A stretch of DNA of 64,000 bases from Raillietiella orientalis. Lineage: Eukaryota. The stretch lies in assembly GCA_036172245.1 (NCBI GenBank), contig JAYWIR010000040.1, positions 806,001-870,000 on the forward strand. The letters run 5' to 3'. Both the position numbers and the translations under genes were made by a program. The notes below the pieces were generated by a model. It ran no database searches. It saw only the letters and a program-made list of their open reading frames with translations, and was not told where the DNA came from. Shown piece by piece: positions 10,400-23,894 of the stretch (positions are counted from its first letter, which is position 1; each line of letters starts with the position of its first letter).

Positions 10400-13300
10400 C
10401 CCACGCGCCAAATTCCTCATCGAAGAAATTCCTCATCGGTGCCAGGTGTTGGGGAGGATGGGAGTACGCCTCAGCCAGCTGCTGCACCAGGGAGTGGGCG
10501 TCAGTCGCTGGCAAGGGACTCTCCTATTCCTCACTACATCGGGCACCCGGGTGCGGAGGGAGACGGCGCTGTCGGAAGATCCCAGGGCCCGCTGGAAGCC
10601 GGTTGGGGGTGTCCGAACGTCCGGTAAGGATGGGCGCCCGGTGAGCGGGCAGGGGTCATCCCTTCCGGATCTTGCAGCCTCCTGGCTTCCCCTTCCCCGG
10701 GAGCTTCTTCGTTCCTCCCCTTCCTTCCCCGACACTCGCGGCTGGTGCTCCCTCTGTGAAGGAGGCAGAGCAGCGAGAGAGCCGGTGGCACCCGTGGCAG
10801 CAGTCCTTCGTGCTCGAAGAGGCGGCGGGTGGAGAAGGCTCTGGAAAGAGGGCGTCTCGCACCGCGTGCCCTCCGACCCTCTCTCTTCGCTGTACCCCCC
10901 TCCCGCCACGGGCGCTGGCAGAGGACGCAGCCAGGTCGGGAGAGGGGAGGCTGCATCTGCAGCTTTTTCCAGCTGTGCTGCGGCTCCTCCTCAGGGGTGA
11001 CGCGATGGGATCTCCCCACTTGTCTCCCCGCGCGCACCTTGGAGACGCTCATCGGTTCCAACGAAACGCCCAGGGATGAGGGAACCTCCTCCCTCCCCCC
11101 ACAAGGACCATCCGAGGATGCGCGCCCCCACTCCGGAAGCTCTCCAGAGGGAGTCGTCGTCGGGAGACGTTCCTTCCCTTGGAACCCGCCCCGTCAGCGG
11201 AAGGGAAGAAACCTCGCGCATGGTCAGGGAAGCGGACACCCTTCCGTGCCTGAGGGACGACCCCGGAACTCCTCGGCGCACGTGGGCCTCACTCTCCCCT
11301 CCCCGCCGAAGCTTCTTCCAGCGAGTCGGATGAACTTCGAGGGGGGTCCTGCCTGCCCTCATCCTTCCAGCGCCTCGGCTGACCTCCCGCTGGCACTCCC
11401 GAATCCCACCCCGCTGCTCCCTCTCGGTGGAGGCAGCCCTGTCGGCTAGGCCCCTCCGCCCCTTCCCGGACGGGCTCTTCCGGGAAGCCATCCCATCCCA
11501 GAGACCGCTTTCGATGCCGGACTGATGGAGGAAGCGGCAAAGCTGCGTTTTCTGGGGCCGATCGCCAGGCAGCGGCTGCTTCCCTGCGGCGGTCCGCACC
11601 CGACCTGCGCAGGGACGGCAGGAGAGCCCAGAAGTCCGCGGAGCCGGATCTCTGCGTCGAGGCTCCTAGAAAGGGGTGCTGGGGCCAGAAGGGCAGGAGG
11701 GTACGGGTTCTTTCCAGCAGACCACCCTGCTCCTCCCCCCCCTTTGCTCAGACCCCTCTTTCCCCGGCAACCTGTCGGGGCGGGCTGTGCTCTCATTTCG
11801 CTCCGGACCCGGCCCTGGTCCGACCGGGGGGAAGCTGGGAGGATGAGGACTTTCCCTTCCCTCAGGTCCCCTTTTCCCCTTGCTTCCTGCAGGTCCGCAC
11901 TGGCGGGCAGGCGTAAAGGGGGGAAGCAGGGACAGGAGTCTCCAAAGAAGGGTTCCTCCTCATGCGGGAAGAGAGGGTTCCTGTGAGGTCCTGCTTCGAA
12001 GAGTCCCTCCTGTACCTCTGGGCGCAAGGTCTGCACGGGAGCTCAAGCCGCCTCTTTCATCGCCCTCCTCCAACGACCGCCACGCGTCCCCCGGTCGCGG
12101 GACCTCTGAGGATGGCTCCTGGGAGACAGCAACCGGGACAACCCAGGGTTTCCTGCGCGCGCGGCCGGAGCACAGCGTCGACGGGATCACTCCCTGAAGA
12201 GAAGAAAAGGGTTTTGCCCTGGGCTGTGCCCCGTCCCCCTCCTAGGATTCAGCGGGAAGCCGCGCGCCCCTCGGAGGCGAGCGGCGGCATCCCCACAGCA
12301 CCTTCCGGGAATTCGCGACCGGGAACGGGGACTAAGAAGACCGGGAAGGACATCGTCCCTGCCACTGGTATCACGACTCCCGATCTTGGGGGATCCCCAC
12401 GGCAGAGTCCCGGTCTCGAGTTCCCGTTTCCTCCCCCCCTCCTCCATCTGTGTCCATCCCCCATAGAGTCGCCCCGCCCCGCCCCGCTGACCCGTTCCTC
12501 TCCCTCCCCTTGGTCTCTCCTCCCCCTTTTGGCCTCCCCGGTGGGGCCAAACGAAGGAGGGAAGAAGCGAGCCAGCTCCTCCTTCCCACCCTACCCATGC
12601 CACTCGTCCTGCTTCCCGCCCACGTCTCCCTCGAATGCAGGGAGCTCCCGTGGGAGCGGCTCTATCTTCCCGGGAACGCTTCTCCACCGACGGAGCAGCA
12701 CGGGGAAGGGCGGAGAAGGAGGAGAAATGAGAACGAGGAAACGGGATGGATCTGGACGACCCGGGAAAACACCACGTAGCCGGAGGGCGCTCCCGGAGCT
12801 CTCCTCCGTCAGGAGGAGAAGGGAAAGGAAATTCGTACTAGGCGGGAGCATCCAGGCATGAAACGCGAACGTTCCCGGATGTTCCCGACCTACTTGGAGA
12901 AGGGCAGAGAAAGGGACGGGGGTCTTAGAGAAGGGAAAGGGTGAAGAGGAAGGGGACAGAGCTCCCCTTTTCGCAGCCCTGGTGCCCGTCCTCTTCCACC
13001 CTCCCTTTCCTCGGATTCCCGGTTTTTGTTCCTCCCAGCGCTTATTTTCCGACATCCATGGGCCCCTCCCTCTCCCCTTTTCCGTGAGGGGAGGCATCTC
13101 TCCTCCGGGGAAAACCAGGATCCTTTCCGGTAATACCGTCGCCTACAGGGAGCGACTCGCCGGAGCAGCGGCGGTCCGGGAATTTCCGCTTCGCTGCAGG
13201 GAGAGATCGAGAGCTGGGCTCTCCCGGAGCCTCTCTCCTCAGTCGTCACGCTTGCTCGGAGGCGGCCCCGAGAAAGCGGGACCGGGAGCGACCGAGCCTC

Positions 13301-15070
13301 ATCACGCTCCCGAGGGAAGGATTCCTACCGCGCTCTTTCGAAGCCGGACCCCCCCAGAAGGGAAAGGAGGGCACCATCTCCGTCCCCAGTATGGGAGTAA
13401 AACCGGCTTGGAGAATCCGGGGCAAATGCGTCCAGGGAGCGCGCCCTCAGTTGCCTGAGCCCCATCCCCTTGCCCAGAAGGTCGCCTCCCCTTTCGTCCC
13501 TCCTCCGGGGCGACCCACGATCGTCTGCCTAAGCCAAGCGTCCTGCCGTAGAGAGGTTTTCAGGCAGCGACGAGACCTGCGCATCCGAGCACCTTCGCCG
13601 CGCATCCGGCCATCCGGGAGGAAGCCGGCTTCCCGTCTACTCTTCCCGCTCCTTCCTTCTCCGCCTGCCTAAGGCACGCACCGGAAGACGCTGCCCTGCT
13701 CGCCGAACCTTCTCGACGCGAGCGCGGGGGAGCGAAGGCAAAAGGGACTCCGCATACCGGGAGGAGGAGCGTGTGTGTGTGTGAGCGGGGGGGGGGGATC
13801 CGTGCCTGAAGATCGCCTGTGTGAGGGATGCCCCTGGCGGAAACTACGAGCAGCAGCGCCGAGTCCCCGAGGTCCCCGAGCTCCGAAGGACAGGGGGAAG
13901 GCGCCGGCAGCGCGCCATTGGAGTGGCTTTGGGAGGTGCGCGCGAACCCTAAGGTCCCTCCGTCCTCCGAGGACGACCTCCCTTCCAAGAGGCTCTTTCG
14001 GCGCCAACCAAGGAGGGATCACAGTTTCCAGGACCCTATCGCTTCCCGCTTTCCTCAGCCTCGAAGTCACGGTTTCTCCCTCCCTCCCCCTTCCTTTCCT
14101 TCATCACCACCTCACTCCTCGGGCTGAAAAGTCTCGCTGCGGAAGCGGCAACGAGACAGCGTGCCCATGCCGACACTTCTTTCCTTCTCTCCCCCTCTCC
14201 CTTCCGCTGCTCCTCCCAGCACGGGAAACGCTCCGCGAGTCCGGCCCTTCCCACCCGTATTCCTCCCGCAGACCGCGGGGAAGCAGCAGCCCTGACCGCC
14301 GTAGCAGAAGGAGGCGCCTGAGGGGGCTCTCGTCATCTCTGCTTGCTTGAAATCGCGCGCGCGCACGCCTCGAGCCGATTCCCCGCCAGTCGCGATGGCA
14401 ACAGGGTGGACCCGCGTCCGCGCCTCACTTGCTCACGGAAAGAGAGAGTGGGACGAGCGAGGGATGCCCCTCCCCCTCCCATTCTCCTCTGTCACTTCAG
14501 CAACAACCCTGGATACAGCATCCGCGAAAAGCCAGTCTTCTCTTCTTGGCAGAAAGGGAGCGGAGACCACTGTGACCCTGTGGGATATCGGTTTGCCCGG
14601 ATTCGGGCAGGGTCAAGGGCTCGGGAGAGGGAGCAGGACGTCCTTCTAGTTTTTCCTGTGGAAGTTCCCCGAAGACGAGCGAGCTGCTTCTATCTCATCC
14701 TCCCACCTTCGGTTGTCACCGCGCTAACCGTCCCAGGGTGGGATCCCCGCGAAACAGCTGTCCGATAGGAGTAGCAGCATTCCCGGGGATGAGGAGCTGA
14801 TTGGAGGGGTGGGGGGGAGAGGGAAGTGGGATCGAATGCGTCCTTGGAAAGGAGCTTGAGTGAACGGACGTTCCGCGTAGGGGAACGGCACGTCGCGGCG
14901 GACGCGCAAAAAAGACATCTCGCCCCGACCGATCCTGCGGCACATCTCAGGTGGAGCGTCGAGGGGAGGGAAGGGGACGCTGCGTTCCTGGACTGCTTCC
15001 TGGGTCCTCCGAAGGAAGTCAGCGGTCGTGCTCCGCACTGCCTAACAATGATCGGAGCTATAAATAGGCG
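10400..15070 (-). mobile_element. Near full-length but very decayed L1/Tx1-like element (ORF1 and ORF2 relicts)
   Basis: Minus-strand relicts in collinear order: LYPG (ORF1 YxG, about 14510), SISPCSEAEIPGPPLLRRV (PISLLNxDYKI, about 13200), GF (about 13110), LPWGSPKIG (about 12395), ERGGL (about 12050), and a C-terminus homologous to 9530-9650. Each motif is degenerate. Confidence 0.4.
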
Positions 15071-16849
15071 TTGCTAGCAGTCGCTGAGTCTATAAACAGC
15101 TCGCAGAGACTTGAGCTGCAAGTCGGCATCCATGACAACGGAGCGAGCTCAACAATGGTTTCCACACAGGACGATTAGCTGCGCATTACCATGGAGTCCT
15201 GCGATCACGTGAGCTAGGAGGGAAGCCTTTTCGGGCTTCCCGGGGGCGCCATCTGGGAGTTCGCCACCTGGGGCGGTAGCACGAGACCCTTTCCAAGGAG
15301 CCTCGGGAAAGGCCACTCGCTCGTGAGACAGGCTGCGTTCTCCATTGAGCCAACCTGTTCTCCGAAGCATCAGGTGGTCCCACCGCCTATCGTGAGGAGG
15401 AGGGGTGGAGGTCCACGGACTCCCTGATCTCGAAGAGAACTTGGAATCGCCCCGTTCCCTGGGATTTCGTGGGAACCTCCCACTCAAGCTCGAGTTCCTC
15501 TTGTCAGTCAGAGGGAAGCGCCTCCCGGTTTTCCGTTCGTCCTGCTTTCTCCCTTCCTGAGCCACTTCGCCCCGGGGAGTAGTCCTGGAGCTCTCATAGT
15601 CTCCCTTCCAGCCCCGGAATCGCGATGCACGAGCCCGGCGGCAGTGACCCGGCAGCGGCAGCTGCGCTCGGGAGCCTCTCTCGAGGAGGGACCGAGGGAC
15701 GGAACGGCGCTCTCCGGAGGTTAATTGGAGGGACGGCGTTGCCGCCGCGACGACCAGGTGGGGATCGCTGATGGGGGGAGAAGGGGTGACACCAGGCGAG
15801 GTTAATAATAGAACGCGTGTGCCCTCGGCAGCCCGCGGGCAGCAGCGGAAAAAATTAGGAGGTCCGCGGGCGGCGCGCCGAGCCTCGTTTTTCTTTTTTC
15901 TTTTTTTTCCTTCTTGCCCTCCCCCCCTTTCCCCTCCCCTTCTTTTCTTTCGCCTTTCGCGCGCCTTCCCGTCGTCTCTCACCTCACCGCGGTCATGCGA
16001 CCTGCTCTCCTGGATGTCCCTCGGGTTGCTGCGGCTTGGTGCTTTCCACGAGGGCACCCCACCTGCGCCGCGTTCGCCAGCTTCCACCCTCTCTTCCTTC
16101 CTCCCCACTCCCCTCTTCTCCCACTGCCCACTGGCCGTCGGAGGGGCTGAGGGGTGACCCTCTCTCTCCACTCGCGGCACCCAGCCGGCGCCGACACCGT
16201 CGTCCGACCCGAACGGGCGCACCTTGACGTGAGCTCTGCTCTCGCCGCCAGATCCTATTGGTCACGTCCGCAGCCTATCATGGTCCGAGTTCTCCCCAAA
16301 ACGGCGTCGCCACTGGAACGTGCCTCGGCGGTGTCCCACGGGAGCTTTACCCCCTCCACCCTAGCCCCCCTCCTCCACCCACAAGGGGGCAGGTCGCGCC
16401 CCGCTCACACGCACCTGTCACACGAGCCGAGGACGACGGGCAGCTCGCAGCAGGGCGTGAGGGCCGAGGAGCCGCCGGCACGACGGGAAAGGGCGATGCC
16501 CCTCGGCGGACCCGACGACGACGCCCCAGCCCTGCTCCTCCCCCTTCTCATCCTCGCATACCGCCGCTTCCCTTCGTTCCGGGACGGAGCGCTGCCGCCC
16601 GAGGGGCGAGTGGGGTGGCTCTCCGAAAAGGGAGGAGCGTGAGGAGAGAACGGACTCTCCCTAAGGGGTGCGGGCGGAAGGAAAAGGAGGAGGAAGAGGG
16701 AGGGACGCGCAGTCTCCCCGCTGCACCTTCCCGGCGGCTCCCCTTTCGTCTCCCTTGGAGCGGCCCTCGAGCTCCGAAAAAGGGGGCGAAGCAAGAGTCG
16801 GCAAAGAAGAGAAGAGAGAGGAGGATGCGTCCCAGAGGATGGGAATGGG

Positions 16850-17480
16850 GATGGGGTAGGTGGGAGTGAGGACAGAGGCGATCCCGTTCACCCGTTTCCT
16901 CCTCCTCCCCTCCGGACCAAGAAGGAAGATGGGGAGTCCTTCGGGTGCGCTTGGAGGAGGCTCTCCCGATCTGGTATTCCCACCCCCTTCGGGACCTGAC
17001 CCTCGTTTTCCAGGAAAAACCATGCGAAACCCCATTTCCGGTGCGAGGACGTCGCCTTCCAGAAGGATCCGGGAGGAGCACCCGGGACGGTCCTGCTGCC
17101 ATCGAGGTAGACACGCCACGGGACCGTACAGTCCCAGGAGCGCGATGATTCATCAACGGGCCCCTTCCTGCTCTTCGGGGTATTAGGAGCCACGCCAAGG
17201 GAGGCATCTTAAGTCCGGGATGCAGGAGAGAGGCATCTGGGGCGAATGTCCGTTCCTGGATGCACGCAGGGGAGCTCGGGAAAACGGATGGGGGGCGCCT
17301 CTGGGCCGCTTGCGGAGAAACCGGGAGGTCGCGAGCGACTCCGGGAGCGCGAGGATCTTCGAGAGATCCTGGCTTTCCAGGAACGGTCCCACCGTGCCAG
17401 GGAAAGGGAGAACCGAGAGGGAAGAAAGCGAGGATTGCAGCATCGGTGACCTTTGCTGCCGAGGCCCCCTGACTCAGAAG
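16850..17480 (-). mobile_element. LINE RT N-terminal fragment (decayed)
   Basis: PGAPPGSFWKAT (about 17060) resembles GAFPGHPIWKVF of the 49.5-51 kb copy; IFLLGPEG (about 16920) sits where IxLIPKxG is expected. Confidence 0.3.
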
Positions 17481-20400
17481 GGCGGAGGGGGCGCGGCCAC
17501 TGTCCCTCGAGGGGTTCCCGCCCCCCCCCCCCGTTCCCAGCCCACTAATCGTCCCTGCCTCCCCTTCCTCCCGCCCCGGGCGCAGCGCACCCGCATACCA
17601 CCTGAGGACAGGTCCTGATAACACCGTATCGAGGCAGGAGGAGCTCCCTGGCTTCCCCGGGTAGCCCACCATCCCTGTGGCCACCATCGATCCTCGAGCC
17701 GTGAGCCGATGCTTCCACATTCTGCATTCCCCCTCCGCAGCTCCACCCAGCGTTCGGGAGCGGCTGGGGGAGGGATGCAGAATGCCTGAAAGAGGGGATC
17801 GGGGACGGACCTTCGGAGCTCCCTCCTACGGGACGCGAGCAGGAGGGGGAGGGGAAGAGGGTAAGCAGGGGCGCAAGAGGGAGGGTGGGAGACCCCCGGG
17901 AAGGATATCGCCGCTTATTAGGAGGCTCCTGACTTCTCTGGAAGGGGGAGACGAGCTGCTCGATCCCGGAACGACCCCAAAATCCGGAACCCGTTCTGGA
18001 AAGACGCAACGGAGGAGCGCCTCCAAGGGGCGCGGCCGCGCCCCTTGGAGGCATCGGGAAGAATGGAAGAGCGAGGAAGCGAGGATTTCTCGAAGGTGGC
18101 CCCGCTTCTGGAGGGGAAGGGGCTGGAAATATGTGCAGCATCTCCTGAGATCCCCCCCCCCCCCTCGCCCTGCCTGCCGCCTCAACCCCGTCTCCCCTTG
18201 CTCTTTCGGAATGGCCGACGAACAGGGCGACGCGGCAGAGGGAGGCCGGGAAGCTGGACGTCTCCTTCCTCCCCCGCCTGAGGGACGCTCTCTACCTTTC
18301 CCACCCGGGAGCTACGGGAGCGTTTTCTCCCCCCTCTCCTCTTCCTCCCCCTCCTCTTCCTCCCTGCCCTCCTCCTTCCCTGCTCTCTTTCCCCCGACCC
18401 CTCCAGGCGGCTCCGAGCCGGACGCGCCCCGGCGTGTACGTCCTGCGGGAGTGCCTACCCAGCGCGGCTCGCGCTGTTGGGTCCACTCCAAGCAAAGCTC
18501 CCCGACGCTCCCCGTACTTTCCCCTTCCTGCGCGCGCTGGTAGGGGAAGCGTCGGGAGCCCGCGAGAGAATTCCAGCGATCGGACCGTCGCGAAAGTAGG
18601 GAAAGGAGGAAGGGAGAACAGGATCGAACACCCTTTTCGCCCCGTCGCTCGAAGGGATCAGGGAGTGCCCGGGAAGACGAGGGAGGAACGGAAAACTCGC
18701 CGCTTCGGGAACCGGGAGCAGGCGACGGCGCTGCACTCCCGCGCGTCTCCCCTCAACCCCCCCTCCCTTCCCCCCTCCTCCTCCCCCCTTCCTCCTTCTC
18801 CGGCCCCGCATGTTTCCTGGGGATGGGAAGGGGGGCGGAACTCGCCCGGGGCGAGATGCGCCCAGAACTTCGCGTGTGCGTGGTCCGATGGGCACGACGG
18901 GGGGCCGCCGCCCCCTTCAGGAGGGGAACATCCCAAGGGGGAGAGCAGGGAGCAGGGGATCCCTCCGTGCCCCGAAGGGTGGGTCTTCCCACCCTCGCAG
19001 CTGTCCACGCGCGGGTTCTCCCGCGGTCGCCCTCCCCTCCCGGCTGCTGTTGAGGCGCAGCATCCTCCCCACGCAGGTGCTCGTCTCCGTAGCAACGGAA
19101 GCGCGCCGACGCCGCTGTGACTCTGCTCTTGTACCGGAGGGGAGCAAGGAGGGGCGAAGGGGCCCGTGACCTCCAGCTGAAGGGCCTCCACCCCCCTTGT
19201 TCCTTTGCCCCTCGCAGGAGGAACCGCGAGCAGCGCCTCTGCCGTCGGGCGTCGGGCGGAAGGCGCGTGGGGCGCCGCAGTGGAGCAGAACGGACGGACT
19301 CCCTCCTTTCCGGCCACGCCCAGGGGTTGCCCTGCGGATTTGGCAACCCTGAGCGCTCTCCGCTCGGACAAACAGAGAGGAAAGGCGGAGGGTGGCTCGC
19401 GAGGCGCCCCGGGATCCTCCAGGAGATGCGGAACGACCAGCTCGCCTCAGGGGGAACGAGGGCGAGCATGCGGAGGGCAAGCCCGACTCATCTCTTGCAA
19501 GAGGGCGATCTCTGGGGTCGGGGGGAGGCGAGCACGAGTACCCGACGAGGAGTCCAGCCGGGATGCGAGCCTGGGAGGTGGGTTCTCTCTGCCGCGCAGC
19601 CCGCTGCCCCTTGGAGCGGCAGGGGGCTGCGCGGCAGGGGGTCGCATCAGACGATGGGGTTGGGGTCGGGAGTGAGGCAGGAGGAGGGAGTGTACTCGAT
19701 GGAGCGTGACGGTGGAACCCCGGAGGGTCCCCGAACTCGTCAGTGGGATTTCCCCCGACTCAGGCGAGTAGGCGAAAGCCGACGCGACACCCAGGGGCGC
19801 CAGGTGCTCGGGGCGGGGGTGACTCACAGGGTGAGTGACCCCTGCCGTCGGGTGCCTTCCGATGCGCGCCATCCCCGCGTGGTGGCGCCTCATCGTGGGA
19901 GTCAGGGCGTTCCCCCGGTAGGGGGATGAGGCGCTCCTGACGCCTGGCCTTGACATTGCTGTCGCGTAGATCCCCCTCCACCTCGGCCATCGCTGCGGTC
20001 ACGACCCCGCGGGGCTCAGCGGGAAGGGGAGGGAGTAGGGGGAAGAGGAGGAGAAAAGGGAGGGAGTTGCTTCCCTTCCTCTTCGCTCCATTCCTCCCCG
20101 CTTCCCCTTCCTCTGTCTCCTTTCGGCCCCGCCGCTCATGGGTTCTCCACCCCGCCGCCAGGAGGAGAAGGCGTCACTTGCCAGCCCGAGAGGCCGCCCC
20201 GGGACGGGGCCGGCAGGGAAGCGGGGCGGAAGAGCGGAGTGGCGGATGGGAAGCCGGCACACAGGACTCCTGGAAACGTTTCCGGGAGCTGGGGAGCGAG
20301 TAGGAGGGAAGGGACGGTAGCCCTCCAGGGGCGGGCGGAAGCGGGGAGGGGCTTCCTTCCCCGCTTCCCACGTCCCCTCCGTCCTGTTCTTCATCGCGCG

Positions 20401-23400
20401 GGCACACGAGCGCGGTCCCTCCCTGGGCACCCCGCTGAGCCTAGCCGACGGAAGGAGGGCCGTGGGGACGAGCGGTCCACGGAATCGCGGAAGGCTGCCG
20501 ATGGAGGCGCGGGATGAGATGGGCGGAAGGGAGGGCCGCGGGAGCAGAAACCCTTCGGGTCTCGCGGGGACTCTTGGATCGAGGCTCCGAAGGAGCGAGG
20601 ATGTCGGGCGGGAGGTCGCCACGGAGACGCGCCCGGAGGGGGCGACGATAGGGGAGGAAGGGAGGAGGGAAGTGAGCCTCGGGAGGGCCGCGCGCCGCGC
20701 GCGGGTGCCCTCCCGCGGGGAGTGGGGGCATCTCTAGTCCTCGCGTGCGCTCTCCCCGGAGGAAGTTCTGAGAAAGGGGGCAGTCCGACCAAGGGTGCGT
20801 CACTCCGCTCAGTGGGGGCCACTGAGAGGCCCGCTTCCGGGGGAGACGGGAACCCGCCTACTCCCCTCTTCTTTTGGCCCTCCCCCATGTTCTGCTTCCC
20901 ACTCCCTCCGCAAGACCTCTCTTCTCTCCCTCCTCCTCCGCATGCGGAGCGGGAAGATGGAGCGGTCCTTCTTCCCCCCGCGAGTTCCTTCCCTCCCACC
21001 GTCGCCAAGGAGACGAGTGGAAGGCGAGACCCTTCTTGAGGAGCTGCTCTCCACCGAAAACCTCCCCCCCGGTCCCTCGGATGCTTCCCTTTTCGGTACT
21101 GCTTTCAGTCCCTACTCCACCCCGTTTTCCATTCTCCTGAAGAGGAGGGAAGCGGGAGAGAAGGAAGGGCGATTACCGCAGGCGAGGGGATGGGGGCGGA
21201 GGGTTGAAGGGGGAACGGGTGGGGACAAGGGGGATCCCCTTCATGCAGCGAGCGCGGAGACGGGCAGGCAGCGGATTGGACAGGCGCAGCAAGCATCGCC
21301 GTGACGTCAGCAGACGCGAGCGACGGGCAAGAGCGAGAGGAAGCAGGTGGAAGGTGCGGGGGGTCGGGAAAGGCTCGGGAAGGCAGGGAAAAGGGGGAAG
21401 GAGAAGAGCGGCCGGGAGCAGACCCGACCTCCTCCTTCCAGAGCTTCTCTCACCGCTCCTTCCTCTTGAGCCCACGGTTGGTGCCCGGGACGAATCTTTG
21501 AGGGAAGGTCGCGGCGGGGAAAGGAGCAGAAGGAGCTCCGGGGAGCAAGTCGTGTTCCCGGTGTGTGCGTGCGTGCGTGCGTGCGCGTGTGTGTGTGGAG
21601 AGGGCTCGGGTCGGTCGGCGCCGCCTCTCCGGGATGCGCACGCTTCACCCCTGACCCCTCTCCCCTCGACTCGACCGCCGATGCGCCCGACGGAGGACCG
21701 CGCTGGCCCTAGGAGGCGACCCCCTTCACCGTAGCCAAGAGTCGTGACGGTGCCGCATCCAACCTACTGGCGGCGTCCACAGATATTTCGGGATCCTCCC
21801 GGGATTCAGGCGCTCACCCTAGCCTCTCGGTGGGGTGGATCTCGCTGACCGTTCCCCTTGGCCCCGGGAAGAGAGAAGGAAAAGCCGGAGATGGGGTCCG
21901 ACCAGGTCGGGCACCCCCTTTACCGCCGCTGCGAGAAGGGGGTGCACCTGCGCCACCGGCCAGAGGAGGAGACGGGAAGGGGTGAAAGGCAGGTGGCACC
22001 TCTGCTCCCTTCTTCCCATCCCCATCCCAGAGGTATGTCCCAAGGCGTTCGTGTCCGCTCTCCCCCGGTGTCATCAGCCTCCCTTTTTTTCCCTTCGCCT
22101 TTCGCTTCCGCTCCCATGCGTGCCCTGTGGCGACCCTCCCGCTGGACCTCCGAGTAACGTGTCCCCTGGCACCAAGAAGGACACCAGAAGGACCGAATAC
22201 GGTCCCACCTTGCAACGCCACCTTGTTCCCCATTGGCGGGCGGAGAGACGGGAATGGCCTCCTGCCCCACGGCCTGCTGAAAACTTCCGCGTTCGTTCTC
22301 GTCTCCATGGAAGCGGCTTGGGCGCGGGGGCGGATCACCATCGCTGCGGAGCATCATCACATGAGGATTCCCGGTCGTCTTCCGGGGATGCTGAAGGAAG
22401 GTGGGAAGGAATGCGTGTGGGCCGGTGTGCCCCCCTCCTCGCTTCCGTCTCCTCGAAACGCGGGGAAGGCAAAGCAGGGACGTTCCAAGCTCCGGGATTT
22501 TCCTGCAGGTGACGTTTCCCTGGAGACCTTCGCAGCTTCCTCGGCGTTTCCCCGGAGAAAACGGCGAGGGAAGAAGACAAGCCAGGAACTGGGAGACCTC
22601 CCGCTTCCCCAGGGCAGCGTGGACGGAGTGTCCCCCCGACCGAGGCGCGCGGAAGCGGTATCGCCATGGGAACGCGGAGAGAATTGCGATGCTTCGGGCG
22701 GCCTCCATCCGGCGTCACCGGACGTCGCGCGGGGCCTCCGCGGTCGTCGAGCTGGTTGCCCGCGTCCCCGCGCCCTCTCCAGCAGGCCGCGCGCGGGACG
22801 CCGACGGTGGCTCGGGATCGGCTGCGGCGCCCCGCGCGCATGCGCGGTCCGCCGCCGCAGCAGCGGCCGCTCCACGAGCGCGGCGTTGCCAAACGCAGCG
22901 GCGGCGCGACGGAACGCGCAAATCGGGAGCGGGTCCGAGGGGAACGGGCGGATTCGGGAAGCGGAAGGAGGAAGAGGGGGAGGAGGGAGGTTTCCAGGAA
23001 GCGCTGCCGCGCGACCGCCCCTCTCGAGGGCAACGAGCGTGCGCGTCACGCCGGGAGGAATTCAACCGACTCAGTTGCCCGCCCCCACTGAGGAACGCGC
23101 ACAGAATTCCCAGCTTCCACAGGGACCAGGGAAGACTTCCTCTTCCCTGGTCGCATTCGGATCCTCTGCTCCACCTCCCCCTTCCTTCCAGCCCTCCCCC
23201 GCCTCTTTCGCAGCGGCCTCCCTCCGGGTCCGGCAAGAGCAGCTCGCTCGAGCGTCCCTTCCTTTCCTCTTTCCCGGAAGGCGGTCGCCCCCGCGCCCGC
23301 GAAGGGGGAACCGGGAGGGATGGGGTAAGCGGCCTACCACGCACTCTCTCCCTCCACTGCCGACTGGCCCCCCACCCCGTCCTCTGGACGGGGTGGGGGG

Positions 23401-23633
23401 TTCCCGCGGTGCCCACGATCGCGCGCTCGCTCGCCCGGAAGCGCCCCGATGCGGCGCGTCCCTGCCCGAGCGGAAAGCCCGCGATCGCCTCCGCGGAAAG
23501 GGGGGAGAGCGCGCGCGCCCTGGGGGGAGGCGAGGGAACAAAAGGCCGCGCGCGGCGGCGGCGATTTGTCCGCGCGGCGGCGAGCCGGGCGGAGGAGTCG
23601 CGGCGGCGGCGGCGGCGGCGGCCCCACGGCAGC

Positions 23634-23894
23634 CGCGCGCGCGCGCGCGCGCGCGCCGCTGACGGAGCCGCCGCAGTGATGCGCGCCGCAGCGCGGCGAG
23701 CGGTCATGTGGTGTCTCTCTGTGTGCTTGCGCGCGCGCGCGCGCGCGCGTGGCGGCGGCGGCCTGCGACGGTGGCAGCCTCCGCCGCTCGGCTTTGCTTG
23801 GCCTGGCCCTGCCCGCTAGGCTTGAGCGACCGCGCGCGCGCGCGGGAGGGGGGGGGGGGGATGGAGGGAGGAAAGGAAAACGCGCGCGCGCGCG
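23634..23894. repeat. Cluster of four (CG)n tracts (23634-23656, 23729-23749, 23831-23844, 23881-23894)
   Basis: Alternating CG runs of 14-23 nt read directly from the sequence. Confidence 0.9.

Noticed and set aside
9561..11000. 479-aa ORF
   Set aside because: It crosses poly-T and two oppositely oriented LINE fragments, so it is not a coherent protein.
22127..23819. Long ORFs of 511 and 472 aa
   Set aside because: R/A/G/P-rich translations of CG repeats with no domain; stop codons are simply rare at this GC content.
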